In this document: piece by piece, positions 58,129 through 64,000 of the stretch
Position numbering within the stretch: the first letter of the stretch is position 1
Layout of the letters: the number at the start of each line of letters is the position of its first letter
IMG/VR virus record: IMGVR_UViG_3300030376_008307
Coordinates: 1 to 64,000 of that record
Reading direction: 5' to 3' (one strand)
DNA from: a virus
Lineage: Duplodnaviria > Caudoviricetes
DNA length: 64,000 nt
The notes under the pieces: model-generated
Seen by the model: the letters and a program-made list of their open reading frames with translations, nothing else
The model's database searches: none
What the model was told of the DNA's origin: nothing
Program-made: the position numbers and the translations under genes

Positions 58129-59763
58129 ATGAGTAAAATTATAGAATTTGGCCCTGAGGGTAGAGATAAATTAGTAAAAGGAATTGACACATTAGCTAAT
58201 GCTGTAGTATCAACATTAGGTCCTAATGGGAGAAATGTAGTAATAGAAAGACCTAACCAATCACCTATATCAACTAAAGATGGAGTTACAGTAGCAAAAC
58301 ATATAGCTGTAAGTGACCCAGTTGAAAATTTAGGTGTAAATTTAGTTAGAGAAGCATCAATAAAAACAGCAGATAAAGCTGGTGATGGTACAACTACATC
58401 AACTCTTTTAGCAAGAAAAATGATTAAAGATGGTTTACAACATTTAGCTAATGGAGCTAATGCTGTTGAAATTAAAAGAGGAATTGATAAAGCAGTAAAA
58501 GAAGTTGTTGATAATTTAAGAGAAAATATATCAGAGGACATCTCAGATGAAAACCAATTAGAACAAATTGCAACAATTTCAGCAAATAATGATCCTGAAG
58601 TAGGTAAATTAATAGCTACTGCAATGGATAAAGTAGGAGTTGAAGGAGTAGTACATATAGAAGAATCCAAAACAGGTGATACTTATTTAGAAACTGTTGA
58701 AGGAATGCAATTTGACAGAGGATATTTATCACATTATTTTGTTACCAATAATAGTACAATGACTTGTACTTTAGAAGATCCTTATATTTTAGTACTTAAT
58801 CAAAAATTATCTCAAGTTAAAGATTTATTACCTATGTTAGAAGCAGTTTCTAATACTAATAAATCATTACTTATTATAGCTGAAGATGTTGATAGTGAAG
58901 CATTAGCAACACTTATTGTAAATAAAGCTAGGGGTACTATTAAGGTAGCTGCAGTTAAAGCTCCTGATTTTGGTGATAGAAGAAAATTAATTTTAGAAGA
59001 TATAGCATCAGTAACAGGAGGTCAAGTATTTGATAAAGATAAAGGAATGAAACTTGATAAATTTTCTTGGGAATGGTTTGGTGAAGCCCGTACTGTAACA
59101 ATTTCTAAAGAAAAAACTACTATTATTGATGGTAAGGGAGATGAAGAATCTGTTAAACAAAGATTAGAAGAACTTACTTCCCAAATAGATAAAGCTGAAT
59201 CTAATTTTGAAGTTGAAAAATTACAAGAAAGATTAGCTAAAATGGCTGGTGGTGTTTCTATTATTCATGTGGGTGGTTATACTGAAACTGAAATGAATGA
59301 AAAGAAAGATAGAGTTGATGATGCATTACACGCAACTAAAGCAGCAATTGAAGAAGGTATTGTACCAGGAGGAGGAGCAGCATTATTATATGCTAGAGAA
59401 GCTTTAAATACTAAATGTAGTAAATGTATAGGTAAAAATATTGTTTATAAAGCTTGTGGTCAACCATTTGAACAAATATTAGTTAATGCTGGTAATAATT
59501 CAGTTGATGCTCAAATGATAGGTAAATATCAATTAGTTGATTCTGGTAATGATACTTGGGCAGGATATAATATTAAAACAGATACTATTGAAGATATGAA
59601 AAAAGCAGGTATTATTGATCCTACTAAAGTAACAAGAACAGCTCTTGAAAATGCTGCTGCTGTTGCTGGAACTGTATTACTTACAGAATGTATAGTTGTA
59701 GATGAACCAAAAGAAGAAAATTCACAACCACAAATGGATCCATCAATGATGATGGGAATGTAA
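58129..59763 (+). CDS. groEL: Chaperonin
   Basis: TLGPNGRNV, DGVTVAK, AGDGTTT, GMQFDRGY, GIIDPTKV; Met-rich tail. Confidence 0.97.
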   Translation: MSKIIEFGPEGRDKLVKGIDTLANAVVSTLGPNGRNVVIERPNQSPISTKDGVTVAKHIAVSDPVENLGVNLVREASIKTADKAGDGTTTSTLLARKMIKDGLQHLANGANAVEIKRGIDKAVKEVVDNLRENISEDISDENQLEQIATISANNDPEVGKLIATAMDKVGVEGVVHIEESKTGDTYLETVEGMQFDRGYLSHYFVTNNSTMTCTLEDPYILVLNQKLSQVKDLLPMLEAVSNTNKSLLIIAEDVDSEALATLIVNKARGTIKVAAVKAPDFGDRRKLILEDIASVTGGQVFDKDKGMKLDKFSWEWFGEARTVTISKEKTTIIDGKGDEESVKQRLEELTSQIDKAESNFEVEKLQERLAKMAGGVSIIHVGGYTETEMNEKKDRVDDALHATKAAIEEGIVPGGGAALLYAREALNTKCSKCIGKNIVYKACGQPFEQILVNAGNNSVDAQMIGKYQLVDSGNDTWAGYNIKTDTIEDMKKAGIIDPTKVTRTALENAAAVAGTVLLTECIVVDEPKEENSQPQMDPSMMMGM

Positions 59764-59764
59764 T

Positions 59765-60037
59765 ATGGAAACAAAAGTAATAGAACATAATAAGCTTATT
59801 GCTACTAGAGTACCACCTGGAGACAAGTGGACTTTAGTAGATGATAAGAAAAAAGTAGTACATGAATCTTTAACTGATGCCTTAGAAGCATATTTTAAGT
59901 CAACAGGTACACCTAGTGAATTTAGATTAGCTCCTTTAGATAGTAAATTATATGCTATAGTAACCCATGAAGAAGAAATAATTCCAGATGAACCAAAGGA
60001 ATTTAGCATGTATGGAGAGTTTAGACAAGGAGTTTAA
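59765..60037 (+). CDS. Hypothetical protein
   Basis: 90-aa ORF. Confidence 0.55.
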   Translation: METKVIEHNKLIATRVPPGDKWTLVDDKKKVVHESLTDALEAYFKSTGTPSEFRLAPLDSKLYAIVTHEEEIIPDEPKEFSMYGEFRQGV

Positions 60038-60073
60038 TTTGGAAATTTAAATAAAAGTTATTATATTCATAAT

Positions 60074-60997
60074 ATGAAAGAACACAGTTTATTAGTTGAA
60101 AAATATAGACCTACTAATATAGATAATTATGTAGGAAATGAAAATATCAAAGATACTATTAAAAGTTATATTGATCAAAATGATATTCAAAATTTATTAT
60201 TTTATGGTCCCGCTGGAACAGGTAAAACAACTTTAGCTAAATTAATTACTAAAAATATTGATTGTGATTTGTTATACATTAATGCATCAGATGAAAGAGG
60301 TATAGAAACAATTAGAGATAAAGTATCAGGATTTGCTAGTACTATGTCCTTCAAACCATTAAAAATAGTTATTTTAGATGAAGCAGATTTTTTAACTATA
60401 ATGGCTCAAGCATCATTAAGAAATGTAATTGAAACTTTTTCACGTTCAACTAGATTTATATTAACCTGTAATTATTTAGAACGTATAATTGATCCTTTAC
60501 AATCAAGATGTCAAACTTTAAAAATTATCCCACCTGATAGATTAGATATTATTAATCATTTAATGAAGGTTACAAATAAAGAAAACATCAAACATAGTGT
60601 AAGTGATTTAGAAACTATTGTAAATAACAACTATCCTGATGTACGTAAAATGCTTAATACTATACAAATATCTACAGTAAATAATACAATTAAGTTAGAT
60701 GAAACTGCATTAGTAGAGAGCAATTATATGGATAAAGCACTTACTGAATTAAAAAAGAAAAAGCCTAATTGGAGAACAATTAGACAGATTATTGCAGATT
60801 CAAATGTAAGTGATTTTGAAGGGTTTTATCGCTATCTTTATGATAAAAGTAGTGAATATGCTCCTGGAAAGGAAGGTATGATAGCATATTATATAAATGA
60901 ATATTCATACCAATCAAATTTTAGAATAGACAAAGAAGTAAATTGTATGGCTTTAATGTCTAAAATTATTGAAACAATTAAACCAAATATTATTTAA
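60074..60997 (+). CDS. Clamp loader AAA+ subunit (RFC/gp44-like)
   Basis: EKYRP, GPAGTGKT, NASDERG, DEAD, SRC. Confidence 0.93.
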   Translation: MKEHSLLVEKYRPTNIDNYVGNENIKDTIKSYIDQNDIQNLLFYGPAGTGKTTLAKLITKNIDCDLLYINASDERGIETIRDKVSGFASTMSFKPLKIVILDEADFLTIMAQASLRNVIETFSRSTRFILTCNYLERIIDPLQSRCQTLKIIPPDRLDIINHLMKVTNKENIKHSVSDLETIVNNNYPDVRKMLNTIQISTVNNTIKLDETALVESNYMDKALTELKKKKPNWRTIRQIIADSNVSDFEGFYRYLYDKSSEYAPGKEGMIAYYINEYSYQSNFRIDKEVNCMALMSKIIETIKPNII

Positions 60998-61008
60998 AAT
61001 TATTAATT

Positions 61009-61251
61009 ATGCAAGCGCAACAACCAAACATTGATTTAAAAAACACATCAGCTATTGAAACTGAAGGTGGAGGAAGGATTTGGCAACAAGGAGCTTTACT
61101 ACGAAAAGTATCTAAATTTGTAACAGGAACAGATTCTGACGCTGTTATGCCTATTCCAGTATTTTATGATCCTGAAACAGGTAAAATTTTAGAGGACTCA
61201 CTTCCAAAAGAATTAAGAGAAGAGTATAAGGATGTCCTTATCAAATCCTAA
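61009..61251 (+). CDS. Hypothetical protein
   Basis: 80-aa ORF. Confidence 0.55.
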   Translation: MQAQQPNIDLKNTSAIETEGGGRIWQQGALLRKVSKFVTGTDSDAVMPIPVFYDPETGKILEDSLPKELREEYKDVLIKS

Positions 61252-61666
61252 AAATATATTTGAATGGCTAGAACATTTAACTTATAAAAAATCTAGCTAT
61301 AATAGTTTTGAGGAAAAATCTTGGGAGAACTTTAATGCTTATATGGTTCATAGATTTGTATCCATGTATGAAGGATACATTGATATTGCTAACATAGCAC
61401 AAAGGTTCCACCCTACAGATAAAAGGGGGATATATAATTTTTATTGTGAAATGTTACCTAAAAAGAAAATGTTTTTAAGGTATATTAAATCAAAAATAAA
61501 AACATCCCCTAAAGAAGTAAAGCAATATATTTCTAACTACTATAAATGTAGTTTGGATGAGGCAAATGAATATATTACATTACTAGATAAGAGTGATATC
61601 AAAATAATTTTTGATAAATTAGGAGTGGAGATTAAAGAACAAAAACAATTACTTAAAAAATTATAA
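61232..61666 (+). CDS. Clamp loader small subunit (gp62-like)
   Basis: FNAYMVHRFVSM...YYKCSLDEANEY pattern; next to the gp44-like gene. Confidence 0.6.
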   Translation: MSLSNPKNIFEWLEHLTYKKSSYNSFEEKSWENFNAYMVHRFVSMYEGYIDIANIAQRFHPTDKRGIYNFYCEMLPKKKMFLRYIKSKIKTSPKEVKQYISNYYKCSLDEANEYITLLDKSDIKIIFDKLGVEIKEQKQLLKKL

Positions 61667-61667
61667 A

Positions 61668-61886
61668 ATGGCACAATACAGAGTTATAACAATGCTCCAA
61701 AAAACTTTTGAAGCCCAAAGAGAAAAAGCATTATTAACACTTGAATTATTAACAGAAAATCCTGCAGGTATAGGTGATCATTCAACAAGTGATTTCTATA
61801 ATAATGCAGAAGAAGCAGCAAGAGCATTAGCTGAAGCTGAAGACGTTTTAGAAACATTAAAAAGACATTATGGGAACAATGAGTAA
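61668..61886 (+). CDS. Small conserved phage protein
   Basis: NPAGIGDHS motif. Confidence 0.55.
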   Translation: MAQYRVITMLQKTFEAQREKALLTLELLTENPAGIGDHSTSDFYNNAEEAARALAEAEDVLETLKRHYGNNE

Positions 61887-62226
61887 AGAAGAGGTAGTAG
61901 AATTATTTGAAACAGAGTATCCAGAATTATCTGAAGAATATAAAAAAATTGGAATGGAAATGTATACTATGTTTGCTGCTAAACATATGGATTATGGGTT
62001 AAATAATATAGCTTTAGGAGGAGATATTTTACATGATGATAATGATAAAAAATTCTCATTAACTGGCTTAGCTATTAGATTAACTGATAAAATCAGTAGA
62101 TTAAAAAATCTATTATTAAATGGTAAAAACTTTGTTCAAGGTGAAGGGATGGAAGATACTTTTATGGACATAGCTAATTATGGTATTATTGGATTATTAG
62201 TAGGAAGAAATAAGTGGAAAAAATAA
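61870..62226 (+). CDS. DUF1599-like nucleotide-modification-associated protein
   Basis: KHMDYG...RLTDKISRL...EDTFMDIANYGII. Confidence 0.7.
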   Translation: MGTMSKEEVVELFETEYPELSEEYKKIGMEMYTMFAAKHMDYGLNNIALGGDILHDDNDKKFSLTGLAIRLTDKISRLKNLLLNGKNFVQGEGMEDTFMDIANYGIIGLLVGRNKWKK

Positions 62227-62230
62227 TGTT

Positions 62231-63181
62231 TTGGCTAAAAAAATACCCCCAATTGTAAAAGTAATAAGAAATTACAAACCTGAGCCTATTAATTTTGGCT
62301 ATCAAAAAAATATTTCTTATTCTCAACTTTCAATGTTTAGAAGTTGTCCCCAAAAGTGGGCCCTTCAGTACAAAGAAGGACATAAAAGGCAATCTCCTAG
62401 CATTCACACTGTGTTTGGAACTGCATTTCATGAAGTAGTACAATATTATTTAGATATAATGTATGAAAAAAGTGGAGCAGCCGCTGATAGAGAAGATATT
62501 GAGGGATTATTAGAAGATAAATTAAGAGAAGAATACCTTATTCAGTATAAGAAAAATAAAAACCAACATTTTAGTTCTTCAGAAGAAATTAGAGAGTTTT
62601 ATAATGATGGAATTCAAATTTTAAGATATCTTAAAAAACATAAAGGTAAATATTTTAGTAAAAAGGGATGGTTTTTAGTTGGTTGTGAGGTACCTATATC
62701 AGTTGTGCCTAATAACGCGTATAAAAACGTTATATACAATGGTTTCTTGGATGTTGTATTATATCATGAACCTACAGATACATTTCAAATAATCGATATT
62801 AAAACAAGTACTAAAGGATGGAATTCATACGCTAAAAAGGATGAAGAAAAACATTTTCAGTTAGTATTATATAAAAAATTCTTTGCAGAACAATTTGGAT
62901 TAGCAGAAAAAAGTATTGATATTGAGTTCCTAATTGTTAGAAGAAAAATATATGAAGGTGGAGAATACCCACAGAAACGAATACAAACCTTCTCTCCAGC
63001 TTCTGGAAAGAATAAAACTAACAAAGCAACAAAAATTTTAAATGAATTTATAAATGAAGCATTTAACTATACAGGATACAAAGAAACATTTCACGTTCCA
63101 AGACCGTCGAAATGGAACTGCCACTTTTGCCCTTTTAAAGAAGATGCAAAATTATGTAATGTCCCTGGCAAAAATTTATAA
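62231..63181 (+). CDS. PD-(D/E)XK nuclease, Cas4/AddB-like
   Basis: SYSQL...CP, GTAFH, E...D...IIDIKT, QL..Y, C.FC...C (1+3 Cys). Confidence 0.82.
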   Translation: MAKKIPPIVKVIRNYKPEPINFGYQKNISYSQLSMFRSCPQKWALQYKEGHKRQSPSIHTVFGTAFHEVVQYYLDIMYEKSGAAADREDIEGLLEDKLREEYLIQYKKNKNQHFSSSEEIREFYNDGIQILRYLKKHKGKYFSKKGWFLVGCEVPISVVPNNAYKNVIYNGFLDVVLYHEPTDTFQIIDIKTSTKGWNSYAKKDEEKHFQLVLYKKFFAEQFGLAEKSIDIEFLIVRRKIYEGGEYPQKRIQTFSPASGKNKTNKATKILNEFINEAFNYTGYKETFHVPRPSKWNCHFCPFKEDAKLCNVPGKNL

Positions 63182-63224
63182 TCCACATATACGTATAGAC
63201 AAATATAAACCAATAATTAAAACT

Positions 63225-63419
63225 ATGGCTGAAAAGAAAAACATGACACTTACAAGTGTTAAAGTAAAAAGTGATTTATTTGAAAATTTTAAAATTGAAT
63301 GTGTAAGACGTAAATTCTCATTTCAGAAATTATCTGATAGAGCTATTCATTTATATCTTACAGATGAAGATTTTAGAAAAAAAATACATAGTCACAATAA
63401 TTTAGAAATTAATCAATAA
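63225..63419 (+). CDS. Small ribbon-helix-helix-like DNA-binding protein
   Basis: LTSVKV...LFENFK...FQKL.DRAI.LY. Confidence 0.5.
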   Translation: MAEKKNMTLTSVKVKSDLFENFKIECVRRKFSFQKLSDRAIHLYLTDEDFRKKIHSHNNLEINQ

Positions 63420-63425
63420 GTAAAA

Positions 63426-64000
63426 ATGAAAGAAGGTTATATTAAAAAAGAAGATAGAAAAAAAATTCTATTAATAACTGATGATATTAGAGTTCATTCA
63501 GGTGTTGCTCAAATAGGTAGAGAATTAGTTTTTAATTCATCACATAAATATAATTGGGTTCAAATGGCAGGTGCTGTTGAACATCCTGATATGGGTAAAA
63601 TTATAGACATAAGTGAAGAAATAAAAAAACATAAAACAGAAATTGAAGATCCTTATTGTATATTATACCCAGTTAAAGGATATGGAGATTTTAATATGCT
63701 AAATGAAGTAATACAAAGAGAAAAGCCAGATGCTTTATTTTTAATTACTGATCCTAGATATTTTGCTTGGTTATTTCATAATGAAGATCAATTAAGAAAA
63801 AAAATGCCAATTGCTTATCTTAATATTTGGGACAACTATCCAGCTCCCATGTATAATAAAGAATATTATGAATCTTGTGATTTACTAATGGGTATATCAA
63901 AACAGACAGTTAATATTAATAAACTTGTTTTAGGTGATAAAGGAAAAAATAAAATTTTTAAGTATGTCCCTCATGGATTAAATGATAAAATATTTGATAT
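63426..64000 (+). CDS. Glycosyltransferase (GT-B/GT4-like), runs off the 3' end
   Basis: KKILLITDD...SGVA, EKPDAL, IWD, GISK, YVPHG; open to the window end. Confidence 0.7.
   Translation, partial: MKEGYIKKEDRKKILLITDDIRVHSGVAQIGRELVFNSSHKYNWVQMAGAVEHPDMGKIIDISEEIKKHKTEIEDPYCILYPVKGYGDFNMLNEVIQREKPDALFLITDPRYFAWLFHNEDQLRKKMPIAYLNIWDNYPAPMYNKEYYESCDLLMGISKQTVNINKLVLGDKGKNKIFKYVPHGLNDKIFD

Noticed and set aside
58002-58670. 222-aa minus-strand ORF
   Set aside because: Antisense shadow of groEL/groES; the other short minus-strand ORFs likewise overlap well-supported + genes.
62231-63181. Cas4-like gene as part of a CRISPR system
   Set aside because: No array or other cas genes seen; solo Cas4-like nucleases are common in phages.

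Overview
This is a 64-kb, AT-rich segment of a large lytic tailed phage with a contractile tail (myovirus with T4-like gene content); all credible genes are on the + strand. The host is very probably a Bacteroidota/Flavobacteriales bacterium, judging from the T9SS sorting domains, TTTG-type promoters, A-rich initiation sites without Shine-Dalgarno sequences, and DUF2452. Gene order: (1) collagen-like tail fibre, neck, sheath, tube, tail-chaperone, tape-measure and baseplate genes (1-21.7 kb); (2) replication genes including a compact PolA-like protein, SSB, RecA, 5'-3' exonuclease, helicase and RNR (21.8-30.6 kb); (3) an envelope/secretion module with a beta-barrel OMP and a large Cys-repeat T9SS cargo, then lysis candidates and probable internal head proteins (30.7-42.6 kb); (4) ligase, UvsE and a 7-deazaguanine DNA-modification cluster with tRNA-Gln (42.7-53.2 kb); (5) split PolB, clamp, Hsp20/GroES/GroEL, clamp loader, Cas4-like nuclease and a glycosyltransferase (53.2-64 kb). 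Most notable: phage-encoded T9SS substrates plus OMPs; a +1/-2 recoding site preceded by a hairpin in the tail chaperone gene; a long-range RNA duplex enclosing hsp20; a structured intergenic RNA candidate; and a deazaguanine cluster linked to a PRTase, a MazG-like enzyme and the split PolB. All functional calls come from motif recognition by eye; no database searches were run.
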